Virus record (IMG/VR): IMGVR_UViG_3300034061_004620
DNA: 64,000 bases
Direction: 5' to 3' (one strand)
From: a virus
Lineage: Duplodnaviria > Caudoviricetes
The position numbers were made by a program, and so were the translations under genes. This document shows, piece after piece, positions 37,885 to 47,389 of the stretch. How positions within the stretch are numbered: position 1 is the first letter of the stretch; every line of letters begins with the position of its first letter. Below the pieces are notes generated by a model that was given only the letters and a program-made list of their open reading frames with translations, did not search any database and was not told where the DNA came from.

Positions 37885-38030
37885 TTCGCACCACCAATAG
37901 AAAAATCGCCGATTATGTAAATTATTACAGTTACGGCGCTCCCTTAGATGCACAGATAGCAGTTGGTGGAGACAGTAATCATCCTGAAATTGGTCCAATT
38001 TGGCGATATAAAAGAATATCCAATCGATGA
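37812..38030 (+). CDS. Hypothetical protein
   Basis: ATGA coupling to the next gene; overlaps the GGCT 3' end by 73 nt. Confidence 0.55.
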   Translation: MLFINRDENGISYYMVTNDAGLCLIRTTNRKIADYVNYYSYGAPLDAQIAVGGDSNHPEIGPIWRYKRISNR

Positions 38031-39211
38031 TTTTTGTATTTGACACGTATGGTGAAAACGGATATGTTCCTAATTTAGTACAACGTACTGATATTGTTCC
38101 TCGCAGCAAAGAATGGTGGGATCTTGCAATAACTCCTCCTTATAGCTATGAATTTAGATTTTTACGATATCTTTACACTGAAGGAATACGCTATCGTGTA
38201 GAACTTGTATCTACAATGGCCGGCACCGGTGAAACTTGTGTATACCCAATCAACCTTAATTATTTTGATCCTGCAATAGATTATTTGGCATTAATGTCAG
38301 AACAAGCACGTGATTTGGCACGTAAAGGTCAATTGACAATTGTTTTTTACTACAGCGAAGGCGATGACGTTGATTGGCACATTAGCCCAAGACTCAAACA
38401 CATGTGTAGTGAACACCATATACCAAGAACACAGATTAGATTCATAATTGCCAATCGTGCAGCCGGTCAAGATTATTTGTACGTGGCCGACGATGAACTT
38501 TATTACCGTTATCTAAACAAAGATGCTGATTTTGTTAGAGAAGTAAATCTTGCAGCAAGATCAAAAAAATTTACCTGCCTTAATAGAATTGACAAGCCGT
38601 TTAGGCGTTTGTTTGCTGCTACTTTAGTGTCTCGCAATCTACATCTTGACTCATACTTTAGTTATACTGATAAAAAGTACGCCTTAGAATATCCAACTGC
38701 TACTACAAATGTAGAACAATGGAATACCCATTGGGATCACGCTGTACTAAACAAATTTGCACCTCCTTATTGCTGCGACGAGCTGGAAGATTATCAACAT
38801 AATACTCACCAATTGATCAATAAAGATTTTTTTAACAATGCATATTGGAACGTGGTAGTAGAAACACATATAAGTGAACATACCGTGTTTCTAACCGAAA
38901 AAACATTCAAACCTATATTAAACTTACAACCATTTGTTGTTGTTGGTGCTCCAGGTAGTTTGGCTCTACTGCACGAATTAGGTTATCAAACATTCAATCG
39001 GTGGGTCGATGAAAGTTATGATACTGTTGTTAATCCAGAATTACGATTACATAAATGCTTACACATTGTTGAAAAATTAGCAAAAATGTCGCATTTGGAA
39101 CATCAAGAAATCATGCAAGAAATGCAAACCATTCTTATACACAATCAAAAACTTTTTCTATCAAACAAACGCGACAAACTTTTGGCACTTCTGCAACAAA
39201 TAGAGAATTGA
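38027..39211 (+). CDS. Hypothetical protein with a GT10/GT-B-like C-terminal domain (paralog of 739..1689)
   Basis: NVVVET...LTEKTFKPI...FVVVG...DESYD. Confidence 0.55.
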   Translation: MIFVFDTYGENGYVPNLVQRTDIVPRSKEWWDLAITPPYSYEFRFLRYLYTEGIRYRVELVSTMAGTGETCVYPINLNYFDPAIDYLALMSEQARDLARKGQLTIVFYYSEGDDVDWHISPRLKHMCSEHHIPRTQIRFIIANRAAGQDYLYVADDELYYRYLNKDADFVREVNLAARSKKFTCLNRIDKPFRRLFAATLVSRNLHLDSYFSYTDKKYALEYPTATTNVEQWNTHWDHAVLNKFAPPYCCDELEDYQHNTHQLINKDFFNNAYWNVVVETHISEHTVFLTEKTFKPILNLQPFVVVGAPGSLALLHELGYQTFNRWVDESYDTVVNPELRLHKCLHIVEKLAKMSHLEHQEIMQEMQTILIHNQKLFLSNKRDKLLALLQQIEN

Positions 39212-39268
39212 TCAAAATTTGGATACAACAATGTTGACACAATATAGGTAATCTTATAATATAACAGC

Positions 39269-39532
39269 ATGAAAAAACAAACCGTTACAATGACCCCCGA
39301 AGGTGGCAATTGGTGGCGTATGCGTATCACCCACTGGAGCATACTGGCTGTTCTGTTTCCACCAATCTTTGCGGTACTCTGTATCTTTTTACTTAATCCG
39401 CTTTGGTTCAGAGACGATTTGCTCATTTGGTTTGAAAACCGTATCAATACTTTTAGTGTATGGCGTAATCGCTTGCTATACCGCATTTACTTGGGCGCAG
39501 ATCCAGAAATGTGGCACGCCTTAAAAGATTAA
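39269..39532 (+). CDS. Small membrane protein
   Basis: Hydrophobic helix ILAVLFPPIFAVLCIFLL; TTGACA at 39234 upstream. Confidence 0.7.
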   Translation: MKKQTVTMTPEGGNWWRMRITHWSILAVLFPPIFAVLCIFLLNPLWFRDDLLIWFENRINTFSVWRNRLLYRIYLGADPEMWHALKD

Positions 39533-39593
39533 CAACATTGCTTGAATAGCAACTGTTACAAAAGTAGCAACTTTTGTTGCAAAAATACAACGG

Positions 39594-39622
39594 TTGACCC
39601 AAATGGCCCATTTTGCTATAAT
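39594..39622 (+). promoter_or_regulatory. Early promoter cassette 1
   Basis: TTGACC-N17-TATAAT with extended -10 TG; SD AAAGGAGC. Confidence 0.85.
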
Positions 39623-39652
39623 GTATGTACAGTAAATAAAAGGAGCCAAAAA

Positions 39653-39994
39653 ATGCGTATCGTCCAAACAACAGTCGTAAATATTCGCCTCCCTAAGTTT
39701 GAAGCAGTGTGCCGTGAAATGTGGAGATCCTGTGATGGTATGTTTACTGCGGCCGAGTACCGCGCGATTGGTATCAATAAAAAGGATGCAATTGAGCGTA
39801 CCAAAACCGATCCAGTGGTTCGTGAAAAGTTTGATGCCGTATTGGCCAAACTTGCCGCCCAAAAAAATGTAAGACAAATGGATTTTTACGCCGAGCATGT
39901 GGCAATGGATGTGTTGGGCAAATTGCCTGCCCGTCACTGGATCTGTAAAGCCAACGACGACTTGACAGACAAGTTCTACCCCGAAGGCTTCTAA
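39653..39994 (+). CDS. Hypothetical early protein
   Basis: ATG after AAAGGAGC, behind its own promoter. Confidence 0.8.
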   Translation: MRIVQTTVVNIRLPKFEAVCREMWRSCDGMFTAAEYRAIGINKKDAIERTKTDPVVREKFDAVLAKLAAQKNVRQMDFYAEHVAMDVLGKLPARHWICKANDDLTDKFYPEGF

Positions 39995-40000
39995 ATTAGG

Positions 40001-40029
40001 TTGTCCAAAAAGGTCCATTTTGTTATAAT
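40001..40029 (+). promoter_or_regulatory. Early promoter cassette 2
   Basis: TTGTCC-N17-TATAAT followed by ATTGGTATAGTAA, as in cassette 3. Confidence 0.8.
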
Positions 40030-40067
40030 ATTGGTATAGTAAACAAACAACCAAAAGGAGCAACACC

Positions 40068-40340
40068 ATGACAACACACAAAGACATGCAGGGCCGGACA
40101 CTCAAGGTAGGTGACACTGTGGCCTATGTAAGCTACTACAATTCTAATAGTCTGGTAATAGGTAAGATCCTGGACCTCAAGAAAGTCCGTGCAGAGGTGA
40201 TTACCAACTTCCGGGGTTGGGTGGGCGGGGAAACCACAGAGACCGTACGATCGGATCAGCTGGTCAAAGTGGCTCCGGCCAAAACACAAAAGCCACAGAG
40301 CGCCAAAATTCTGGCCTTTCCAAACAAGACTTTGGCTTGA
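40068..40340 (+). CDS. Hypothetical early protein (SH3/KOW-like beta pattern)
   Basis: DMQGRTLKVGDTVAY...IGKILDL; SD AAAAGGAGC. Confidence 0.8.
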   Translation: MTTHKDMQGRTLKVGDTVAYVSYYNSNSLVIGKILDLKKVRAEVITNFRGWVGGETTETVRSDQLVKVAPAKTQKPQSAKILAFPNKTLA

Positions 40341-40365
40341 CCATAATTCCGTATTTTGCTATAAT
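40337..40365 (+). promoter_or_regulatory. Early promoter cassette 3
   Basis: TTGACC-ATAATTCCGTATTTTGC-TATAAT. Confidence 0.85.
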
Positions 40366-40395
40366 ATTGGTATAGTAATTAACAAGGAGCACAAG

Positions 40396-40599
40396 ATGCA
40401 ATTTGAAACTCGTGTTATTGAACTAATAACTCCTGTACTAAGTGAAGGTCGTGCTGAATTCTTTGAAGGTTCTTTGTTCCTTGAAGGTGCGAAAGAATCC
40501 ACTGCTCGCAGAGTGTTTTCCGTTTTGTGTAAAGAGTTTGACTTTAAAGTGCAGCCCAGTCGATTCGCTGATTGCTTTGTTTATGATTTTACAGCCTAA
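40396..40599 (+). CDS. Hypothetical early protein
   Basis: ATG after AAGGAGC, behind its own promoter. Confidence 0.78.
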   Translation: MQFETRVIELITPVLSEGRAEFFEGSLFLEGAKESTARRVFSVLCKEFDFKVQPSRFADCFVYDFTA

Positions 40600-40604
40600 A
40601 CCAG

Positions 40605-40633
40605 TTGACCATAATTCTGTAATTTGCTATAAT
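40605..40633 (+). promoter_or_regulatory. Early promoter cassette 4
   Basis: TTGACC-ATAATTCTGTAATTTGC-TATAAT, near-identical to cassette 3. Confidence 0.85.
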
Positions 40634-40677
40634 ACATGAATAATAACAATATAACTTTAAACCGTAAAGGAGCCGTT

Positions 40678-41715
40678 ATGAGTTTTGTACGAATCAAATC
40701 TGGTGCGTATCGCACTACCGATGTATCCAACCGTGTGTTCCAACTTGTAGAACAGTACAAGGCAGGTGCTAAAGGCGGTTATGTTACAGTCAAGAACGGT
40801 GGCCAATTCCCTGGCTTTCCGGAAGATATCCGTGTTAAAGTAAATGCCATGAGTGATTACGAATTTGTAGGCGCCGACGAGTTTGATGGCGAAGTTGCAG
40901 CCGTTGATGCAGATGTGCAGGCAGCGGTTAACGACACCAAATCGGACGAAGAACGCATGGCCGAGATTGCCGAGCGTTTTGAAATCCTTACAGAAATGAC
41001 CAAGGCTGCTACAGCCGGCGACATTCGTGCCATGATTGTGTCGGGTCCTCCGGGCGTGGGCAAGAGCTTTGGTGTTGAGCTTGAAATTGAAAAGGCCACC
41101 CTGATGGATCAGATTGCAGGACGCCGACTACGTGCTGAAGTAGTTAAAGGTTCTGCTACTGCAATTGGCTTGTATCAAGCCTTGTACAAGTATTCGGATC
41201 CCAACTGCGTGATTGTGTTTGACGACTGCGACAGTATCCTGTTGGACGATGTGTGTCTTAACTTGCTGAAGGGTGCTTTGGATTCGGGTAAGAAGCGTAA
41301 GATTTCGTGGTTGAGTGATAGTCGTATCCTACGCTCAGAAGGTATTCCAGACAGCTTCGAGTTCAAGGGTAGTGTAATCTTTATTACCAACTTGAAATTC
41401 GACAAAATGAAGAGCCAAAAGTTGCGTGATCACTTGGATGCTCTGCAGAGTCGCTGCCACTACTTGGACCTTACACTTGACACCATGCGTGACAAGGTGT
41501 TGCGTATCAAGCAGATTGCTCGTAGCGGTGAACTGTTTGCGGATCTTGAGCTCAGTGAGATTGCACAGGATGAGATCATTGGCTTTATGGATGCCAACAA
41601 GAATCGTTTGCGTGAAATGAGTCTGCGTATGGCAATCAAGATTGGTCAGCTGTACAAGAGCTTCCCTACCAAGTGGGCGGCACTGGCACAGTCGACTTGT
41701 ATGAAATCTGCGTAA
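40678..41715 (+). CDS. P-loop (AAA-type) ATPase
   Basis: Walker A SGPPGVGKS, Walker B IVFDDCD, FITN, SRCH; SD AAAGGAGC. Confidence 0.85.
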   Translation: MSFVRIKSGAYRTTDVSNRVFQLVEQYKAGAKGGYVTVKNGGQFPGFPEDIRVKVNAMSDYEFVGADEFDGEVAAVDADVQAAVNDTKSDEERMAEIAERFEILTEMTKAATAGDIRAMIVSGPPGVGKSFGVELEIEKATLMDQIAGRRLRAEVVKGSATAIGLYQALYKYSDPNCVIVFDDCDSILLDDVCLNLLKGALDSGKKRKISWLSDSRILRSEGIPDSFEFKGSVIFITNLKFDKMKSQKLRDHLDALQSRCHYLDLTLDTMRDKVLRIKQIARSGELFADLELSEIAQDEIIGFMDANKNRLREMSLRMAIKIGQLYKSFPTKWAALAQSTCMKSA

Positions 41716-41762
41716 GCAGAACATCCGGGGTTTTTGTTAGCTCCTTTTACTTCCGGAATTTG

Positions 41763-41788
41763 GCCCTACTTAGGTAGGGCTTTTTTTT
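41763..41788 (+). terminator. Intrinsic terminator
   Basis: GCCCTAC-TTAG-GTAGGGC followed by T8. Confidence 0.9.
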
Positions 41789-41815
41789 GACTTTTCTGTT
41801 ACTAAGTAATATACT
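41787..41815 (+). promoter_or_regulatory. Sigma70-type promoter
   Basis: TTGACT-N17-TATACT; spacer contains TAAGTA. Confidence 0.65.
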
Positions 41816-41821
41816 TACGCT

Positions 41822-42973
41822 ATGAGAAAATTTTCGTCGGTTGAAGACTACATCGAAGTAATTAACGGTGATCGGGATGCTACCACTGGTCGACTCTACG
41901 GTTTATTTGACAGCAGGCCGCCTATAATAAATCTTGCCAGATACGATGTTCAGATTTTAGATAGCATGAGCCAAGCTACACAAAGTGGAAGGTCCTTGAC
42001 TGATAAACAAGCAGACTTGGCTGTCAAGATAGTACTCAAATATCGTAAACAATTAGAACGACAAGATATTGATGTAAGTCCGGTGGAGACTCCTAATTTT
42101 AGATTGGGTATAAGACAGATCGATAGACGTCGGCTTTTATATATTGAAAACGATTCTATTATTCTAAAGTTTCCATACGATACTATCCTAATAAATGATC
42201 TAAGAGACTTGGCAAAGATGAGTCAAGGTCGTTGGAGATTTGATAGCGATAATCGAAGTTGGGCATTGGCCTTGACTGAAATGAATGTAGTAGCAGCCAA
42301 CGGCTTTGCACAGAATCACAAATTTGAAATAGCACCTGAGTTTGAACGATACATAGAAGCAGTAGAAGCTTGTGAACAACAGCCTTATGAGATCAAGTTG
42401 TTTCGACACAACGACGGTCAATTTGCGATTACTAATGCAGCCCGGTCTTTAATTGAAGCTATAGATGACTGGACCAATTTGGATCAATTGGTGGATAGAT
42501 CCGCTGTATATGGTTATACTGTGGATGAATTATTGAGTTTAGATATAGCCACCAAGTACGGACCGCGTGTAGCTAACTTGATGACTGCACAAGAGAGCAA
42601 GTTTGCACCGACCAGTGATGAGACTGTATTTCATGATGTAATTAAGTATGCAGATATCACTGGAAGATATCCTATCTATGTATATGAACCAGACATGAGC
42701 GAAAGGTTACACAAGCATTTTGTTACACAATGTTTTAACTCAGAGGACGTATACCAAACACAAACATTGAAACCAAAAGAACTTGCCACAGATAAGAAGA
42801 TAATTTATTTTAACAAATTTAATGCACAATGGGACAAACCTATACCGTTGCTAATCAGCGGCCAAGGTATGATGCACGGAGGCGATAAAACTATTTTGTT
42901 GCAGAAAGCAGAAAAAGTTGTATACTTTGCTACAGAAGTGTATAATGTTAATACTATGAAGCGTAAAAACTAA
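41822..42973 (+). CDS. Hypothetical protein upstream of UvsW
   Basis: 383-aa ORF coupled to the helicase (TAATG). Confidence 0.85.
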   Translation: MRKFSSVEDYIEVINGDRDATTGRLYGLFDSRPPIINLARYDVQILDSMSQATQSGRSLTDKQADLAVKIVLKYRKQLERQDIDVSPVETPNFRLGIRQIDRRRLLYIENDSIILKFPYDTILINDLRDLAKMSQGRWRFDSDNRSWALALTEMNVVAANGFAQNHKFEIAPEFERYIEAVEACEQQPYEIKLFRHNDGQFAITNAARSLIEAIDDWTNLDQLVDRSAVYGYTVDELLSLDIATKYGPRVANLMTAQESKFAPTSDETVFHDVIKYADITGRYPIYVYEPDMSERLHKHFVTQCFNSEDVYQTQTLKPKELATDKKIIYFNKFNAQWDKPIPLLISGQGMMHGGDKTILLQKAEKVVYFATEVYNVNTMKRKN

Positions 42974-44427
42974 TGCAGGCCAAATTATTAATTAAAGACG
43001 AAGTCAATGTAAAAATTGAAGGCCTTGAACTTAATACAAGAACAGCCTTGGTAAAAAAATACAAGTATGAAATACCTGGCGCTCGTTATCAACCAAGTGT
43101 TAGACTTGGACGTTGGGACGGCAAAGTGCCCTTCTTTAATCTTGGCGGTACTACTTACATCAATCTACTGCCCGAAATCTTGCCTTATTTAGATGAACAA
43201 GGTTACGACGTCAAAGTAGAAGATGCCAGAAACTATCGTACCACATTTGAGTTTGCTATTGTGGATGAAAACACATATCAACACAAGACCTGGCCGAAAA
43301 ATCATCCTCGAGCCGGCCAACCCATAGTGCTTAGAGACTATCAACCTGAAATTATCAATAGGTTCTTGACCAACCCACAGTGCGTACAAGAAGTAGCAAC
43401 AGGCGCTGGTAAAACTATTATTACAGCAGCTCTGGCCGATGCTGTCAGCCAGTACGGTCGTACCATTATTATTGTGCCTAACAAAAGCCTTGTGACACAG
43501 ACCGAGGATGACTTTGTGAATCTTGATCTTGATGCAGGTGTATATTTTGGCGACAGAAAAGAATATAATAGAACACACACTATTTGCACTTGGCAGAGTC
43601 TAAACAACTTGTTAAAGACAACCAAGAATGCCGAAGCCGAAATCACTATAGGCGAGTTTTTAGAAGGTGTGGTAGCAGTTATAGTGGACGAAGTGCATCA
43701 GGCCAAGGCCGACGCATTAAAGACCTTACTAAGCGGTCCATTCGCACAAGTGCCTATACGGTGGGGACTTACAGGTACAATACCCAAAGAAGATTATGCA
43801 AGACAGAGCATTAATTGTATGCTGGGACCAGTAGTAGGACAACTAAGTGCCAGCGAGCTACAACAAGCCGGACACCTGGCCCAATGCCATGTTAACGTGG
43901 TACAGTTAGTGGATCATAAAGAGTACACAAACTATCAAAGTGAATTAAAATATCTAATAGAAACTGAAGAAAGACTCGACTACATTAGTCGTTTGATAAG
44001 TACTATTGTTGATTCAGGAAACACACTTATATTGGTAGATCGAATAAGTGCCGGACGAGCATTAGCAGAAAGATTACCCGGCAGCGTGTTTGTATCAGGA
44101 GCAACCAAAGCCGGGGAGCGCAAAGAACACTATGACGAAGTGGCAGAGGCGACAAATAAAATTATCATCGCCACTTACGGCGTTGCTGCTGTTGGTATCA
44201 ATATTCCCCGCATTTTTAATCTTGTTCTACTTGAGCCTGGCAAATCTTTTGTGCGTGTTATACAAAGTATTGGGCGTGGAATACGCCGTGCAGAGGATAA
44301 AGACTTTGTGCAAATATGGGATATAACAAGTACCTGTAAGTTCGCAAAACGACACCTAACAAAAAGAAAAGCTTTTTATAAAGAAGCTAACTATCCTTTT
44401 ACTGTAGAAAAGGCTGAGTGGGAATGA
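42973..44427 (+). CDS. uvsW: SF2 DNA helicase (UvsW-like)
   Basis: LRDYQ, ATGAGKT, VDEVH, GLTGT, ATYGVAAVGINIP, QSIGRGIR. Confidence 0.93.
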   Translation: MQAKLLIKDEVNVKIEGLELNTRTALVKKYKYEIPGARYQPSVRLGRWDGKVPFFNLGGTTYINLLPEILPYLDEQGYDVKVEDARNYRTTFEFAIVDENTYQHKTWPKNHPRAGQPIVLRDYQPEIINRFLTNPQCVQEVATGAGKTIITAALADAVSQYGRTIIIVPNKSLVTQTEDDFVNLDLDAGVYFGDRKEYNRTHTICTWQSLNNLLKTTKNAEAEITIGEFLEGVVAVIVDEVHQAKADALKTLLSGPFAQVPIRWGLTGTIPKEDYARQSINCMLGPVVGQLSASELQQAGHLAQCHVNVVQLVDHKEYTNYQSELKYLIETEERLDYISRLISTIVDSGNTLILVDRISAGRALAERLPGSVFVSGATKAGERKEHYDEVAEATNKIIIATYGVAAVGINIPRIFNLVLLEPGKSFVRVIQSIGRGIRRAEDKDFVQIWDITSTCKFAKRHLTKRKAFYKEANYPFTVEKAEWE

Positions 44428-44621
44428 GTTTTCAAATTGAAGATCGAGGTAATGGAACAAAATGGGTGGAAATTGATAATCATCGATTGCACATGCATGA
44501 AATCGCACATTGGTGTAAATTACACCAATGCGGTAAACAAGTTAACATACGAGCAATTAGTTTTAAAAATGATGAAGAACTAACAATGTTTCTTCTTAGA
44601 TGGCAAAGTCAATTACAATGA
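44418..44621 (+). CDS. Small hypothetical protein
   Basis: ISFKNDEELTMFLLRW; coupled overlaps on both sides. Confidence 0.7.
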   Translation: MGMSFQIEDRGNGTKWVEIDNHRLHMHEIAHWCKLHQCGKQVNIRAISFKNDEELTMFLLRWQSQLQ

Positions 44622-45421
44622 GAAAAAAACTAATGATTACCGGGTGTAGTTTTTCTGCACCCAGTACCAAGCCAGAGTATAAAGGAACAAGTTGGGGTGA
44701 GAAACTGGCCACCAAGCTTGATTGGGACTTGGTGAACTTGGCCAGACAAGGGATGAGTAACGGTGGCATTCGTGTTATGATAGACGAAATTATAAGGCAA
44801 CGACCAGACTTTGCTATTGTGGCACCAACATTTCATGATAGAATGGAAATCCCTGCTATCGGTGCACCTTACAATTGGGCAACTAATACTACATCATGGA
44901 ATACTCCTCTACAGCAACATTTACAAAACATCGATATCAAGAATGGATACAACCCAGATTTAGGAATTCAAAATATTAATTTTGCCAACGGTCCCTATAC
45001 AATGATATCCGAGACAATTTTTAGTTTGGCAGAAAATTATGATCACTTTTATAGATCTGCAAAATTAAACAAAGAAACTCAATTGGCGCTTAAACAATAT
45101 ATCAATCATTTGTATGACAGCAACTGGAAGTTACAGCAAGACCGTTGGCTTATTAGCGACGGAATTTTTAGATTACATGCTGCTGGTATTCCTTTTCTTG
45201 TTGTGGCGTGTAATATTTGGACCAGTGATACTATAAGAGATGCATTTCCTGACAGCATTTCTGATATACATTTTACATTAAATTATGAAGACACACCTGC
45301 GTATTCTACAAACGCTTATCCTTTTGAAGGGGAAGATCCGGGTTATCACGGCAACGAACTGAGTCAAGAATATCTTGCTAATAGATACTATTTACATATA
45401 AGGAACAATATAAATGACTGA
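44618..45421 (+). CDS. SGNH-hydrolase-like protein
   Basis: ITGCSFS (GxS block I), NLARQGMSN (block II Gly), YHGN near the C-terminus. Confidence 0.5.
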   Translation: MRKKLMITGCSFSAPSTKPEYKGTSWGEKLATKLDWDLVNLARQGMSNGGIRVMIDEIIRQRPDFAIVAPTFHDRMEIPAIGAPYNWATNTTSWNTPLQQHLQNIDIKNGYNPDLGIQNINFANGPYTMISETIFSLAENYDHFYRSAKLNKETQLALKQYINHLYDSNWKLQQDRWLISDGIFRLHAAGIPFLVVACNIWTSDTIRDAFPDSISDIHFTLNYEDTPAYSTNAYPFEGEDPGYHGNELSQEYLANRYYLHIRNNIND

Positions 45422-46355
45422 CAACACAATTACACATTCAGAATCTGATTTTGATTGGTTTAAACACAACGGCATCTACATGCCAATGATTAATGATACA
45501 GGTAGAAATGTTTATTATAAAAAAGCAATAGAAGCTGCTGTGCCCGGTAAAGTAGTTTGCGACATCGGCACAGGAACAGGACTATTAAGCATATTGGCTG
45601 CAAAAGCTGGTGCCAAAAAAGTTTACAGTGTTGAAATGGACCCCGGACGAGCAGATTTTGCAAAAAAAATAATTGACAAAATAGGTTTGTCTGAAACCAT
45701 TGAGGTAATTAATCAAAATTTTTTCGAAACCAACATAGACGCAGAAATTTTTATATCCGAAACATTAGGGACACCAATTTTCAACGAAGATATAATTGCT
45801 ATTAGTCAACATGCAGTAAGAAAAGGTGGAACTTTTCTTCCAGGCAGTTTAGATTTGCACATAGAATTATATGATGATCATCCTATTTTTCCTTTGGTTA
45901 TGACGGAGTCTGCTGCATTTGAATTTCAGCCAGACATTGATATAGATCCAACATTTGAGAGTATAATTAATAATACGTTTCAAGCACAACATCCGTTGAG
46001 TGATACAGTATATAGAGCAGGCAAAATACATAATCTTTTTACGTTACTACCAAGGTTCACGGATCTTAAACTTAAAAAATTTTACGAAACAGAACCACTG
46101 CGAATTGATTTAAACACTAAGGTAGATATTAACAATATCAAAATTACTATTCCTGCAGACAAACTAAAGACAGGAAACACATTTGTTGCAGTTTTATTCT
46201 GGACAGCTAACATGTACCAGGACATAAGAATGAATGTTAAAGAAACTTGGTGGGGAAATCCTGCCAAAGTTATTTTACCACATGTAAGAAAGCGCGGCTC
46301 TGATCTTACAATGTGGTATGATCCTGAAATCCAGGATTGGAGATTACAATATTAA
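45414..46355 (+). CDS. PRMT-like SAM-dependent methyltransferase
   Basis: MINDTGRNVYY, motif I VCDIGTGTGLLS, double-E loop ISETLGTPIFNE, THW-like TWWGN in a beta-rich C-terminal half. Confidence 0.75.
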   Translation: MTDNTITHSESDFDWFKHNGIYMPMINDTGRNVYYKKAIEAAVPGKVVCDIGTGTGLLSILAAKAGAKKVYSVEMDPGRADFAKKIIDKIGLSETIEVINQNFFETNIDAEIFISETLGTPIFNEDIIAISQHAVRKGGTFLPGSLDLHIELYDDHPIFPLVMTESAAFEFQPDIDIDPTFESIINNTFQAQHPLSDTVYRAGKIHNLFTLLPRFTDLKLKKFYETEPLRIDLNTKVDINNIKITIPADKLKTGNTFVAVLFWTANMYQDIRMNVKETWWGNPAKVILPHVRKRGSDLTMWYDPEIQDWRLQY

Positions 46356-46356
46356 G

Positions 46357-46860
46357 ATGAGAATACTTACTTTAGATAACATAGCGTACGAGCTTAACGA
46401 AATTCCAGATGAAGTGGAAGACATGAGGTTTGCTGTATTAGACAACAGCGATCCTCGTACACCTGATTATTTTTACATACCTTTAATCTTTTTAGAAAGT
46501 TTCAATAGTCCAGCACTTGTACTAAAAATAGGAGATAATGTTATTAAAATGCCGGTTGACTGGCACGTATTAATAGGCGAACCAGATCTTGGTGATTTAG
46601 AAGTAGTGCCTTTGACAAGTATCAATGATCGAGGATTCAGTGTTTTCTGCTTCAATCCACTCACAAGTTTTAAACCTGAATTTGCTCAAATTGAAATAGT
46701 GGATATATATCAAGACGTCAAATGGTATTTTCCAAAACTCAAGCCCGGGCAACTGTTAGCTATTCCTTTAGAAACCGGAAAGTCAAAACCGTTATGTGCC
46801 TATTTTATTAAGGAAATAAGTAGACAAAGCGAGGTGGTTGATTATGCAAAATGTTGGTAA
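46357..46860 (+). CDS. Conserved-looking hypothetical protein, possibly a degenerate Hint-fold
   Basis: Beta-rich 167 aa whose strand pattern resembles Hint domains; catalytic residues absent. Confidence 0.7.
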   Translation: MRILTLDNIAYELNEIPDEVEDMRFAVLDNSDPRTPDYFYIPLIFLESFNSPALVLKIGDNVIKMPVDWHVLIGEPDLGDLEVVPLTSINDRGFSVFCFNPLTSFKPEFAQIEIVDIYQDVKWYFPKLKPGQLLAIPLETGKSKPLCAYFIKEISRQSEVVDYAKCW

Positions 46861-47389
46861 GGCAGTAGTTGTTGTAGCACATCCTGATGACTGTATAATT
46901 TTTGCACTACCTTTTATTAAAAACCATCCTCATTTTAAGTGGCATATTATATATCTGACCTATAATGAAAGAGATCCTCGAGCGCAAGAAGTAACAAAAT
47001 TTTGGAACAAACAAAATGTTTCAACTGAATTCTTGGGATTTGTTGATAATTACCAGGATCAAGAAACACAAACTCTCAACTTTTGGACACAGAATGACGC
47101 AGAAATTGCAATTACTAATTCAATTTCTCAGCATGGTCCCGATATCGTGGTCACACACAACCACGACGGTGATTATGGACACATACATCACAAAATAGTA
47201 CACTATGCAGTTGACACATTAGATATTCCGCAAGTGTATTTTGCAAGTACATTTAATCTAACTGATACATTTAAAGCCGACGATTATGATTTGAAACAAT
47301 TGCCATTACATCAAGAAGTAATACAGGGATTCCAAGATCGTTTGATTGGTAGATACATAATAACTGACCAAGCAAGGCAGTTGATATGA
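46844..47389 (+). CDS. PIG-L/LmbE-family deacetylase
   Basis: VVAHPDD and THNHDGDYGHIHH. Confidence 0.85.
   Translation: MQNVGKAVVVVAHPDDCIIFALPFIKNHPHFKWHIIYLTYNERDPRAQEVTKFWNKQNVSTEFLGFVDNYQDQETQTLNFWTQNDAEIAITNSISQHGPDIVVTHNHDGDYGHIHHKIVHYAVDTLDIPQVYFASTFNLTDTFKADDYDLKQLPLHQEVIQGFQDRLIGRYIITDQARQLI

Noticed and set aside
41727-41748. GCTCCTTTT, complementary to the AAAAGGAGC SD of the early genes (possible anti-SD RNA), and minus-strand ORF 41335..41724
   Set aside because: It is explained as the 3' arm and U-tract of a weak GGGGTT/AGCTCC terminator. The minus-strand SD is too far from the ATG, and the ORF is a shadow of the ATPase.
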